A DNA stretch of 63,422 nucleotides, counting the filler, from Globobulimina sp. (Eukaryota): NCBI GenBank assembly GCA_003354225.1. It is 21 parts of 21 records of this genome, joined end to end, with 100 filler letters (N's around TTAATTAATTAA, not from the genome) between each part and the next. Parts side by side here need not be neighbours in the genome. Positions count along the whole stretch, not along the records: positions 45,382 to 48,305 come from PIVH01004348.1; positions 48,406 to 51,329 come from PIVH01004349.1; positions 51,430 to 54,353 come from PIVH01004350.1; positions 54,454 to 57,376 come from PIVH01004351.1; positions 57,477 to 60,399 come from PIVH01004352.1; 16 more parts are not named here. One strand, 5' to 3'. Below the pieces are notes generated by a model. That model was not told where the DNA came from, did no database searches, and saw nothing but the letters and a program-made list of their open reading frames with translations. Positions 47,249 through 59,638 of this stretch are shown here, in pieces. Both the position numbers and the translations under genes were made by a program. Within the stretch, counting starts at the first letter, position 1, and every line of letters starts with the position of its first letter.

Positions 47249-48305
47249 ATGAATATTGGTTCCTCACCGCAAGCACCAAAAGATATTATTTCATATTTAT
47301 CATCATTCGAAGACGGAACATTGGTAAGTTTGTACGTCGATGAATTTACCTCCTTAACAGTCTTCCGTTCTTTGCGTGGTTTGGCCAAACAATACGTAAT
47401 GAATTTGGTTTTATGCTCCAAAGCCATTCCAAAAGCAATCATGGAAAAATGGCCGTTGCCATCGGCCATTTCACACCACAAAGCAGCAATGTTTAAGCTG
47501 GAAAAGCTGAAAATCATCGAATTGGTGGAAAATGGCAGAAAATTAAAATTAAACGACAACTTCCAGTCTTGTTTAAAAAAAGTAATATTCGGAGCCTCCT
47601 CAAAGGAGATAATGTGTATCGGTGCCAACAATCACAAATCGCGGCATCCGCCGCCAGATAAAATCGCGCGACATGCAAAGTTGCGGTGGGAGACCATCTT
47701 AAATATCTTAGTCGGTGTTGGCGACAACAAATCGATTGGCGATTCCATCCAAAACCGAGCCACTATCAGTTTGCTAATAAAAGTCGGCCTAATCGGCAGA
47801 AACAGCGGCAACGGCAACAACTTACAAATAACAGCGCAAGGCTTCAAATTTTTATTCCAAGACATTCACTCTCAAATTTGGCAGATAATCATCGCGTATT
47901 TGCAGGGCGTGGAACAGCGCAAATTGTCGCGGAAACAGGTCCTAATGTTTCTGTTTAAATTATCGTTTCTGTCCACTGCGGGCATGGCTTACTCGACGAG
48001 CAATTTCAACGACGATCAGAAATGTGTGGTGGTGGACTTGTGCGGAATGGGCTTATTATATCAGAAGAAGTCCTGTTCGCTGCTCTTTTATCCGACGCCT
48101 TTATCCAAGCACTTGTCCTCCGGCAAGACTTTGAGCAAAAAAGAGCGCGATTCCTTAGGTTTCATCATCGTTGAGACCACTTTCAGAGTCTACGCGTACA
48201 CAAACTCACATTTACAAATCAAATTATTATCGAAATTCATCAAATTGGACTACCGATTACCAAACCTCATCACTGGCAAAATCAGCAAACAGTCGGTAAT
48301 GGAGG
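47249..48305 (+). CDS. GTF2H4: TFIIH subunit p52/Tfb2 (3'-partial)
   Basis: VFRSL..LAKQYV, RWETIL, ITAQGFKFLF, FLFKLSF, FYPT, GFIIVETTFRVYAYTNS, RLPNLITG. Confidence 0.95.
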
Positions 48306-48724
48306 NNNNNNNNNNNNNNNNNNNNNNNNNNNNNNNNNNNNNNNNNNNNTTAATTAATTAANNNNNNNNNNNNNNNNNNNNNNNNNNNNNNNNNNNNNNN
48401 NNNNNAACACAAATATAAATACATATATAGGTGTCCCAGCCACCATTCCTGAAAACCAGGTTGCTCGAAGTCGTTTGGACAGCAGCGGTACTTTTGCGAG
48501 CAGCGATGGTGGGCTTGTTTTGTTTAATGAGCTGCAAGAACATGGGGATGGATTTGAATTCGATAATATTAATATTGTGGAAGATCTAGAAGAGCATACG
48601 CCAGACATTCAAGATCAAGCTATACAAGTTTAGTTGGTATCTTTTATTGTATTTAATTTAAAATGTATATACATGATTTTATATGTCTATATTTTAGCGC
48701 AAAGAGTTAATTTATGACATTACA

Positions 48725-51329
48725 TTGGATGGAATATATAAGCATTTATCAGAAAATGATGTGTTTGAAAAAATGATTTTGGACTTACACATATTTATTC
48801 AGGAAGAAGACTTTGATACAGAGTCACTTGTATATGATATAATTGGCGATTCAAATGTTGCCCAAAAAGTGGATTATGATACTTTTGATTTGATGACAGA
48901 ATATATGTTGAAAGACTTTAAAACAGATATTTTAAATGAATTGAAAGACAGTCGTTATGCTGCATTGTTGGCTCAATTGGAGATTCTAAATTGTAGTCAA
49001 CAACAGATTTTATGCATTTTACGTTGGCTCTACATTCAGTTTACTCAAAATGCGGTTCACTTTAACGATTTGAATGAGTCGTTGCTCAAAGTATTATGTG
49101 AACAAAATAGTGAGATATTACCCGCAGACGGTTTAAAACGGTTAAATATCTGTGTTGAAAATATTAGACATATTCATATGATGGATACATTGAACGTAAC
49201 TGCAGCAAATGTGACCAAATGCGATATTAAAACCTGCAAATCGCTACAATGTATGATCGAGACTTTGCTATATTTTGATGAGAATGAGAAAAATGAAGAT
49301 ATGTTTATCATCGATTATTTTGAAAACATCGATTTTGTTGGCAATTATCTTCATTTATTGTGCGAGCATTTAAATAATCCAACTCAAAACGAACAAGACT
49401 TTCAATTTATGTATAAACAACTTTTGCATTTGAAGAAACCATGCAAATTGGCAAAATGTGATCGATTTAAAAGGAAACATGAAACAAGAAACAGTGAGCT
49501 CAGTTGTACGGACACAAAGATAAATGACTGGAAAGTTAATTTTTACAAAGGGTTACTTGACAGTATGCATGTTTTCTTTGTACATTCATACGATATGGGT
49601 TTGAGATTGAATTGGTTTAAAATTGAAGATTTAGTTTGTGGTAAAATTAGCAATATTTTATACACGCACATCAAACAAAAACAGAAACAAAAAATATTTG
49701 GCTCTTTGACAGGAAATGTCATGCTGAATAAAGGTAAATTCTGTTCGTTGGGGTACACTGTATTTGATACTCATGACAGTGAAATTGAGGAAATAAGACC
49801 AAATCACGTGATTTCTTTTGGTCATAGACATTATTATTGGAAATACTTTAAAAATAACCATAGAATCGAATCATATGAATCGCCAAATAAGGGACGAAAA
49901 TATTCAGATTGGTACATTCAACCAAAATATGAAAACCTTAAACATGAATTATTGCATAATAACGCATATAAACTTGGTATAAATGCATTTAACGATGCGG
50001 TTGTATCAGGTATTCAATTGTGTGCAGTACATTATTTCAAACGAATTTATTGTCAAAAACAATATCATTTTATGGATATTAAAATCAATGACCCATTCAA
50101 TTTAGCACATCTTTTATCTGTTATTTTCCATTGCAATTACCCCGCATTGGCATATAATTTAAGAATGTGCCATTATGCAACCACCGAAGAAATTAAATTC
50201 AGTCCAACCACTATAAAACAACGGAACAGTGAATATTATTATTTATCGAGACTGCTGCGAGAAACAGTCGATTGTTTTGGAACAGCTATTATTGATTCAA
50301 ATATTCCATATTTTTATCATGGAATCGATACTCAATTAGCATTTAGTTCGTTTATTTCATATTTCTGTGGTCCGACGTCGACATCAACAAAATGGCCAGT
50401 TGTCGTCAATTCGCTTCCCGATGATGGCACTGGAATGGTTTTAAAATTACAGAAAGACAATGAATACGGAAGAAATGTAAGATATTTTGATTGTTGTTGG
50501 ATATCACTGTCCCCTGAACACGATGAGAAATTATTTTTTGGCGGCACTGGACCGTTACAATTATATTCACTGATTTTAACAAATACAATTTCAGGGATTA
50601 AAAATTATTCATTCAATACTTTTAAATTACTTCACGAGATATTACAAGGAAAACAAATGAAAATCACCACCGACGTTGACAAGAAATTTAAAGTGATTAA
50701 CAAATATATGGAGTATTTTATTTACAGTCATAGATATTATAAATTTTTGATAGATCCTAAATTGTATCAAAACCAAAAAATAGATTGGTACGGAAACAAA
50801 CTATTCACATCAATGTGTAAAACTATTCGTGAAATTAAAATTGATTTAAGTTTAATGACTCAACAATTTAAACCATATTTTTTATTCGATAATATACCCA
50901 ATTTATTACGATTTGATTTTATTGCTGCGGTATTCAACAATTGTAAAGTTATAAAAGTTTATGAAACTGGAATTTTAAAACAAGAGTTTATAAATAAATT
51001 AATATTAAATATTCAAAAAATTATTAAATTGAAAAAAGAAATAAATTGCAAGTTAACTACAATTCAATTATATTCCGTAAACATTCCATTTGGTGTATTT
51101 CTATCAGTATTTGATGACAATAACATTTTTGTAAAAGTTAATGAAATGGAATTTCGATCGGATTTAATTATTCATTTGGATTATCATGAAAAAATGATTG
51201 AATTTGAAGAAGAAGAAGACGAAGAATTCGAACAACAAATATTTGAAAATGATATTCCAGTGTCGTATTGGACTCATTATCGGCAAACTGAATATAAATA
51301 TTTTTGTCAAGCAAAATATAAAAATATCA
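48725..51329 (+). CDS. Large lineage-specific protein with ADP-ribosyltransferase-like domain (partial; probable upstream exon before intron ~48628-48697)
   Basis: YFYHGI ... GPTSTST ... GMVLKL ... CWISLSPEHDEKLFFGG. Confidence 0.6.
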
Positions 51330-51429
51330 NNNNNNNNNNNNNNNNNNNNNNNNNNNNNNNNNNNNNNNNNNNNTTAATTAATTAANNNNNNNNNNNNNNN
51401 NNNNNNNNNNNNNNNNNNNNNNNNNNNNN

Positions 51430-51696
51430 GCCCCGATTGTACCGTCCCCGGGTATTCCTTGATCGCCAACAAAGCCCCAACACATGCCAACAATCCTGGC
51501 AACATTGGAGGCATAATGATATATAAAAAAAGACATCTGAAAAATAAAATAAAATACATACAAAAGACCAGAGGAATGAACACCATCTGGCTCTCCATTG
51601 ACTTCACGGGGCAAGAAAAACCCACATATTTATCAATCAACTATGTCCGACCACACAGCGCCAAATCCCCAGACCGCAGCACAAAATTCTATAACA
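51430..51696 (+). mobile_element. Fragment of an APE-type endonuclease from a non-LTR retrotransposon
   Basis: VPGYSLI...GGIMIYKK...TIWLSI...INYVRPH follows the LINE endonuclease pattern GY...GGVAIY...IW...YRPP. Confidence 0.55.
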
Positions 51697-51753
51697 CTTG
51701 TGACAGTGTTATATGGCGGCTTGTGACAGTGTTATATGGCGGCTTGTGACAGT
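51697..51753 (+). repeat. 23-bp tandem repeat, 2.5 copies (cttgtgacagtgttatatggcgg)
   Basis: Exact copies at 51697 and 51720, partial copy at 51743. Confidence 0.9.
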
Positions 51754-52610
51754 TTGATTACATCTGTTTGCGTCTTTTGCTTTTTTGCGTGCGGTGAGAA
51801 GTTGTATTACTTATTATGTGGTCCGTGTGATAGGCGATGCAAAGGATTGTGCCGAGAGATTGCACATAAAACACTTCTTAGTTGAAATATATATTATATA
51901 TTGCATATTAATTATTAAATTATAATTTATGTCCATGTTTTTTGTTGTTTGTGTTTGTATTTCTGAAATATACTGTTTTTTTTCTCTGAAATATGTTTCT
52001 GAAATAGACACTGTTTTACTTTGATTTTCAATGTGGACAAAAACAGTGAATCTTTTTTTAATTCACACATCTTTTAATTTATTGTAAGTAGAATATAGAT
52101 CAATATAAATAATTTTTTTTTTGTTGACAAATTCTGAATTGAATAACATTCAGATTGATCGATCAAAATCCATTGTATCACTATTGACAGACGAGCCATA
52201 CAAATACTTAAACGTTAGACCAATGAGATCATTCTGAGATTGATTTCTTAGTGTTTTGAAGAAGAGTATCTTAGTGTTATTTGTGATGTTATTTGAATGT
52301 GAAAATCCTTTCAGTTGTTGGCTACACCTCACATTTTTCCGTTGAAAAACTGAAAAAAAGCATTTACCTTTCTTAAAGATTAGTTTTTGTCAAACGGATG
52401 ATTGAAAAAAAAACGGACTGTACAAATAACGGACCAGAACCCAACAAGAACGCAAACAAAAACGAACAAAAAACGGATTTGAAGATTTATTTTTGATGAA
52501 CAAGAAATCGAACGAGGTTGAGTTTAAAAATAAAACGAAAATAAAAGAAAAAAAAATCATTAATTAATTTGGTTGCTATTTAATCATTTCTTTCTCTTTA
52601 ATAAATATAT

Positions 52611-53465
52611 CTAAATTTGTGAATATTCTTTCTTAAAACTATTAATATATCGACATATTCCACAAAATATGACAAACACCAATATCGCAGCAATTACATA
52701 TATCCAAAATGATACTTGTGAAATAAAAGTATTTTTCGCTGTTGTACCATTTATTACCATTGGTTTTATGTTTGCTCTTTTTTTGGGTGCTAACATCGGT
52801 GTAATTGCTTGCTTTCTCATTAAATTTTTAAGAAATCGAGCATCTGTTTTATGTGAAAAAACAGATTTTGATGTATATGATACAGGTTTATTACAAGTGA
52901 CTTTATAACAATCATTAATACCGACATAATATTCAAATGTATATCTCTCCGATTTACATAAACAATCTGTACAATCAGAATAATAATCAAAATATATCTC
53001 ATTTTTATTACAACCTAAAATCGAAGAATATCCCTCCATTTTGGATGCAATACATTCATCAGTTACATAAGAACGTGAATAATAATCTGCTGTTTTAATA
53101 TTTGGATCACATTCATCCATCAATTCAGAATACGAACCTTTTACTTTAATGTCAACGGTGTTACAATTACTTCCTGAACCTGGTGTTTGCACATTTAAAT
53201 GATGTATTTGCATCATAATATCATCCATCTCATAAGATTTATACCATTTTTCACAATTCGAATCCGTATAATAGTTCCACTGTAATTTATTATGTTCTTC
53301 ATCAAATGTATAATCAGATGAATATGACATTAATGTCGTTTCTGACATTGAATACACGGAGCAAGAATCTAAAGGTGTTGCGATCATTCCCATTGCTGCA
53401 TAAGCACAAGAGTCTGAATCGCCACTTACAAACACAATTGATACAAATAATAGCAATATAATCAT
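52611..53465 (-). CDS. Cys-rich single-pass cell-surface protein
   Basis: Signal peptide, two Cys-rich repeats (C...YYTDSNC / C...YYSDCTDC), C-terminal TM helix. Confidence 0.75.
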   Translation of the reverse strand: MIILLLFVSIVFVSGDSDSCAYAAMGMIATPLDSCSVYSMSETTLMSYSSDYTFDEEHNKLQWNYYTDSNCEKWYKSYEMDDIMMQIHHLNVQTPGSGSNCNTVDIKVKGSYSELMDECDPNIKTADYYSRSYVTDECIASKMEGYSSILGCNKNEIYFDYYSDCTDCLCKSERYTFEYYVGINDCYKVTCNKPVSYTSKSVFSHKTDARFLKNLMRKQAITPMLAPKKRANIKPMVINGTTAKNTFISQVSFWIYVIAAILVFVIFCGICRYINSFKKEYSQI

Positions 53466-53520
53466 TATAATTGTAAATAGTTTTTTGAGTAAATAGTTTT
53501 TTGAAGCGTGTTTATGTCAA

Positions 53521-54353
53521 ATGCCGTTTGCAATCCTTTTGTTTGCCGTTGCTGTTGCAACAAATGTAGTAATTGGCGGTGATTTATGGTCCAATGAAGT
53601 GACACATGATTTGAATACAATGAGCGCAATCAGTTTTTTGTCCGAATTCAAAGCATGGAAATTGAAGTTCAATGTAAATTATGCAAACACTGTGGAGCAG
53701 GCATACAGATTAAAGATATGGCGCGCAAATTGGAAAATGATCAATGATTGGAATTTGCAACAAAATATCTCCTATACACTCAAAATGAATCGTTTCGGTG
53801 ATTTAACATCAAAAGAATTTGGAGACCGTATGTTATCAAAAAATGCAGCAAATACACATAAATCACATAACAACGATTTGAAAAACAATAATGTTCCTTC
53901 TTCCATTGATTGGACCAATTATAATGGCGCTAATTATGTGACGCCTGTCCAAAATCAAGGTACGTGTTTTTGTCCTATTATTCTACATTTTATATTTATA
54001 TATTTGTGTATAACTACACAGGAACTATGGGTTCATCCGTGGCCATTTTCGGTACTGCTTCCATTTCGAGTTTAGGTGCGATTGCCACGCAAACGGATCC
54101 ATTGCTGTTATCTTCACAAGAATTGGTGGAATGTGTGGCAAATTTCTCAGCCTTGACCACTGTTGAAGATGTGTATCAATTCGTTATTGAGAACAGAGGA
54201 TTGTGTAAAGCGTCAGAATATAATTCCGTGAATGGACAATGCGGTAAAGATAAATGTACAGCGTATGATTGGATAGACTCTTATGTAGAGGTTGGGAAAT
54301 ATGATGCTTCAGCATTGGAGAATGCAGTGGGCGGATTTTGTCCTGTTGTGGTT
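53521..54353 (+). CDS. Papain-family (C1A) protein with I29 prodomain and substituted catalytic Cys; intron 53960-54021; 3'-partial
   Basis: Signal peptide; LKMNRFGDLT; PSSIDW; VTPVQNQ; spliced QGTMGSSVAI; LSSQELVEC. Confidence 0.88.
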
Positions 54354-54504
54354 NNNNNNNNNNNNNNNNNNNNNNNNNNNNNNNNNNNNNNNNNNNNTTA
54401 ATTAATTAANNNNNNNNNNNNNNNNNNNNNNNNNNNNNNNNNNNNNNNNNNNNCAAATTAAATAATTATTAATTTTTAGTGTAAGGATAAAATAAATTCT
54501 ATAA

Positions 54505-55671
54505 TCACAAGTGACTTAATATATCTTCATCATGTTCCATAATATCCTCATCATCGCGAATAATTGGCAAATACACTGAGGATATGCCCAATACCTTAAA
54601 TGGACTTTTTCCCTTCAACACGTCAGTGATATTCGGTATAGTATCCGTCACATAAAACGTATGAAACAATCCTGCATTTTCACCATTTTTAGTGAATCTC
54701 TTCCATGCATTATTAGGAAAAACCGAATGTGTACAAAAACAACTCACCGATTTACATCCATTTGATTTCATTAACATTCCGCATTTAGCCAATGTCCCTC
54801 CAGTCTGTACCAAATCATCCACAATTATAATATTCCTGTCCTTCACTGCACCTTCTTTTAATTGTATGACCCTCTTATTGCCGTCCCTTATTTTTGTACA
54901 TATTATCTGCGGATAATGCTTAAATATGCGATGATATCTTTTGTGTGCCCCTTCGTCTGGGAATGCGACAGAACAATCTTTTACATTTTTCATTTCGTTT
55001 TTTATTAAACCTGTACAGGTTTCCAGTCGGACCAAGATATTATCACTGAAATAGAAATGGTTTTGTAAAGTATGAATGTCGCATATACATATTTGTACTG
55101 GTCCATGTGCTCCGGTTGGGATCGATGACAATAAGCGGGCCAATGTTTTCGCAGTGGCGACTCGGCCGTATTCCTCCACTCTCTCCATCGTTCCTTAGAC
55201 AATATAATTAATATTAATTATAGCAACACAAACATGCAGAGCGGAATCGAATTATTGTATACCAGTTGGAAAATATCCGACAAATATTTTGACAGATTTG
55301 GCTAAATAACGGGGTAATGCGCACATTATTGCGTATTGTTCAAATATGTTTCTTGGATCAGATAAATCAGCTAAAAATGCAACATGCGCCCAACGGATAT
55401 TAAACGCTTTATGAATTTTTAAGTTTGGAAAGCCGTCTTTGAATAAATCCCATGTTATATCGCCAAGTAATATTGTATTGTTTGATTTCTTTTGTATTTC
55501 TATTGCTATTTCTTTCATCGAATCACAATAAAACAGCATGCATTTATCTTTTAAATATTCTTTTAAGTCTGCTTGAGAATGAAATGATAAACTTGTTGAG
55601 AGTCGACTTGTGTTATCTTTGACCTCTGTGTTATCTTTTGCATCTGTGTTATCTTTTGCTTCATGTGCCAT
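54505..55671 (-). CDS. Ribose-phosphate pyrophosphokinase, class II (plant PRS3/PRS4-type); intron 55194-55262
   Basis: FKDGFPNL, spliced YFPTGTMERVEEYGRVATAKTLAR, DIHTLQNHFYF, AFPDEGAHKRY, IVDDLVQTGGTL. Confidence 0.93.
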
Positions 55672-55729
55672 GGTTTGTAATTAAATTAAACTAGTTTTTG
55701 TAGTTCTGAGAAAACTTTGTGTAGCACAT

Positions 55730-56095
55730 ATGTCACAGGAAGTACAAGAGTGGTGTGTCTCCACTTGGCACAGTATTTTGAACGCAATTCCAATGACAAC
55801 ATGCCTCTATAAAGTACAATGTAAAAAGAAGGGAACGCATACAAATGATGAACGCGAACAAATTATGGTTGCGATACAATATGTTCTTTCACATAATAAA
55901 GGGAAAATATCTATGGTTAAAATACGGAAAAGGTTACACGAGAAAGGCTTTGAAAAAATTTTAATTATTAATGAAACAAAAGATAATGATGTTCAGAATA
56001 ATATATGTAACTTTGGCATCAAATCTTGTCATCATTCGGTATGGAAAACAAATTACGAACAATATTGGATTGTCACAGATTTAGAATTAAAATAA
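55730..56095 (+). CDS. Small hypothetical protein
   Basis: 121-aa ATG ORF filling the space between two genes. Confidence 0.5.
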   Translation: MSQEVQEWCVSTWHSILNAIPMTTCLYKVQCKKKGTHTNDEREQIMVAIQYVLSHNKGKISMVKIRKRLHEKGFEKILIINETKDNDVQNNICNFGIKSCHHSVWKTNYEQYWIVTDLELK

Positions 56096-56277
56096 TTCAA
56101 AAGATAATACTATGCATTGTACATTATTGTTTTGGTTTCTTCCCATAATTTAAATGATAATACTATGAAAAATCCGTTTCTCCGCAGTTACAAAAAAGAA
56201 GTAAACTTTGTGTATTTGTGTTGTTGAAGTAAACCTTTTCTCTCAAAAACCCTTAAAAAAGAAATAAATAGTCTTAA

Positions 56278-57376
56278 TCACTTTTGTTGGTTAGGATTAT
56301 TAGCAACACCAACATTAAGTTCATCTCTCAACGCATCTCTCAATATGGATTGTAAATCATTACATTTATGTCTATTAAACGCATTTATCATATCTTTATA
56401 CCAAATCCTAAATGTTATACTCTGTTTACCTGTCTGTTGATGCACAAATTCATTCAAACATTCCACTTTAAACACAATATCATTGCCTAATTTATCATAA
56501 ACAAATTCATCAAAGGTGTGCTGTTTCATATACATATCCCATTTACCACTAATCCAAAAGGAAATATCTCGAAAATATATCATTGGATACAATTTATGTA
56601 CCACCACACTTCCATAATCATTCAACATATGCTTGTCTCGAATAAAAATATGAGTTAATGACAGATCCATTAAAAATGTTTTATCATTGCCCCTTCTTCC
56701 GGTCTGACTATAATATAAAAAACAAAATATATTCCAATAAAATGGTCGAACATCACATAATATCATATTGGAATAACTTGCCATTTCCACAATTTTCCAA
56801 CTATTCTCAAAATCTCTAAGCTTGATAATTTTTGCTTTTTTAATTATTTTATTCCCAAAGTTGCCGTTAAATTGTAATCGCACACTCTTATCACTGTTAT
56901 ATTGTTTATCCAACCTCAATGATAATGGAACACATTTAGATTCTCCATTCTTTATCACATGCGTCAATATTGTATGCTCCATATTAGTGCCGCCTTGGCC
57001 AAAGCACAAACGCACCACAATGATACCATTCTGACTCAAATAATGTACTGCGGATTTAAAGAAGTTCTTTAATAACTTTCGATTTGTATCTATGTGCCGA
57101 TAACTGTTTGAATGAGGAAAGTTCCATATTATTTGATCAAATAATAGTTTATTTTCCATTTTGTTCGGATTTGGAAATAAAGTTTGTTCCAAGTTCGTGG
57201 CATCAACACCGAAACGAATCTTGCAAAAAGGATACAATTTATTGATTTTTTGAATGTTATGAATTGATGACAGATGAATTTGAGACAGAGATTGCATGTC
57301 TTTGCATAATGTTGATGTGATTATAACACGTTGTCGTTGTATTTTACAGATAGGACAGTAATGGGTTGCGGGGAGA
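56278..57376 (-). CDS. DUF2431/Bmt5-like methyltransferase + FDX-ACB domain protein (FDXACB1-like), 5'-partial
   Basis: FGVDAT, FDQIIWNFPH, NRKLLKNFFKSA, GQGGT, SWKIVEMA; C-terminal RDISFW and TGKQSITFRIWY. Confidence 0.85.
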
Positions 57377-57476
57377 NNNNNNNNNNNNNNNNNNNNNNNN
57401 NNNNNNNNNNNNNNNNNNNNTTAATTAATTAANNNNNNNNNNNNNNNNNNNNNNNNNNNNNNNNNNNNNNNNNNNN

Positions 57477-57941
57477 TTTAAATTGGCGTTTCGCCGCATC
57501 TTCAATTTGTTCACCAATCTCAACAAAGCCACCAACAGTGGCTAAACCAACGGGTTCTGCTTCTCTGTCCACTAAAAGTATACTTTTCATGTCTGGTGTA
57601 AATGCAATAATCCGTAGCCCACATCGACAATAATTATCCTTCCCACATAAACAAACAGCCTTTATATTATCTACTAAATCCCACTGGATTTCCTTCATGA
57701 TCAATAACTTATTTTCAAAGTTACAACTATTATAAGATATGGATTGTGCAGCATTGTGATGGTCAGGAGAATCATAATTAGTTAGAATTGTGGAGTCTGT
57801 GACAGAGAATAACAGAAAATATAAGTTGAATATTAGTGATATTATAAGTGACAATATAACAAGTTGACGTGATTGCGTTGTCGCAAATGCCATGTTAGTC
57901 AATCTTTGCAATATGTGTGATTTATCTTTGTCTCCCATCAT
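57477..57941 (-). CDS. Membrane-anchored Nudix hydrolase (3'-partial)
   Basis: N-terminal TM; ILLVDR..P.GLATVGGFVEIGEQIEDAAKRQ (Nudix box, RE replaced by RQ). Confidence 0.8.
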
Positions 57942-58022
57942 ACTCAGTTTATTTCAAGAAATTTCACTGGTGACTTCGCTAAAAAACCTCTTTTTTTTTA
58001 GTGGAGCTGCTAAAAAGAAAGC

Positions 58023-59507
58023 ATGTCAGTGTACGCTGCTAAAATAGATGCCATTAGGCCAAAATACATCATTCCATTATCCCAAGTTCATGTTATTCGT
58101 CGAGGAATGGTGAAAGATATGAAAATTGGACTAGCGACAGAAGGTCGAGACTCGTCATGTAAAATGTTACCATCGCGCGTAAAATTACTACCAAACGGAA
58201 ATGAAAAAGGTGTATTTTATGCAATTGATTGGGGCGGAAGTAATGTTCGTTTTATTAGAGTCAAATTAAGTAAAAATAGTAAACCGGATATCAATTTTGT
58301 TAAAAAAAAAATCCCAAAAGAATTGGCCACTTGCGATGATGTCACCAAATTATTTGATTTCCTTGCTCAACAATTTAAAAATCACATGATAACACATAAC
58401 GAATATGACACTAAAAATAAACAATTCTCGGTTGGTTTTACCTTTTCATTCCCGGTCAGAGTGCCACAATTAAATAAAGGCATATTAGTGCAATGGACCA
58501 AAGGTATTATACAAATATATAAATTTATATTTCTCCATGCTCCATATAACAAATTTATAATTAATAATTGTGGATAAATAGGATTTAATATTGGCGGTGT
58601 TGTCGGCAAAGATATCGCAGGTTTAATGAATAATGCATTTGCTCGCTATGATATTCCCGCAGTGGTCGACGCCATTTGCAATGACACGGTCGGAACATTA
58701 ATATCGTGCAGTTATGATCATCGAAACACAATGATTGGAATAATAATTGGTACCGGTTCAAATGCAGCATATTATGACTCGGAGGTAAATGAAGTGATTA
58801 ATATGGAATGGGGTAATTTCGATGAAAAACAGCAATATTTGCATAAAGTGTATGAAACGGATGTTTTTATGGATGAATATACGCCAAATAAAGGCTTGTA
58901 TGTGGCAGAGAAGATGTTATCGGGTATGTATTGTGGTGAGATATGTCGTTTATTAATGAATCAGATATTTGCAGATAAAATGCCAAAAAATAATAGTATT
59001 TTATTAGATAAATTTGGCAAATTTAGCGGTTTAGCGGTCACTATTTTGTTGAGACATTATTATAATAATAATAAATATTATGGAACCAAAGAAATATTAA
59101 AAATATTGCATAGTAAAGAATATAATTTAAAATTATTTAATGAGGATGATGTGTCTGATATGATTGACATGTTTCAAATGGTATTGAATCGGAGTGCAGA
59201 TCTCGCCGCTGGTTTATTATTGGGCGTCTTGCAAAAAATTGGATTTTTTAAAGAGACTGGAAATGGAAACACATTTGTATTATGTGATAAATATAAACAT
59301 GATATTGTCTCTGTTGGTATTGATGGCGGAATGTTTTTAAATATGCCGCAATATCCACAGCGAATCAGCAAAACTATGGTTGATTTAGTTGGGGAGACCA
59401 TTGTGAATCGTATTAATATCGTACATGCTGAAGATGGTTCTGGACGGGGCGCCGCTTTATGTGTTGCAGCGTTGCACAGAGATGATAATATTCAATCAAA
59501 ATTATGA
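58023..59507 (+). CDS. HXK: Hexokinase; intron 58504-58581
   Basis: KMLPS, AIDWGGSNVR, GFTFSFP, spliced QWTKGF, NDTVGT, IIGTGSNAAY, INMEWG, EKMLSGMY, IDGG, EDGSGRGAAL. Confidence 0.97.
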
Positions 59508-59638
59508 ATATTAACTTGTCAGTGATTGCAACTTTTCATCTGATATATGTTATTTTTATTTGTTGCTTGCAAGGATATTTTCGCATTTCAACGTAAAAAC
59601 AAAGTGACTAAAAAACCTGTTCCAAGTGGAATCTACTG

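Noticed and set aside
45578-57941. Apparent ADP-ribose module (WWE-RING, ART-like protein, Nudix)
   Set aside because: The three genes lie on different contigs that are adjacent only because of length sorting
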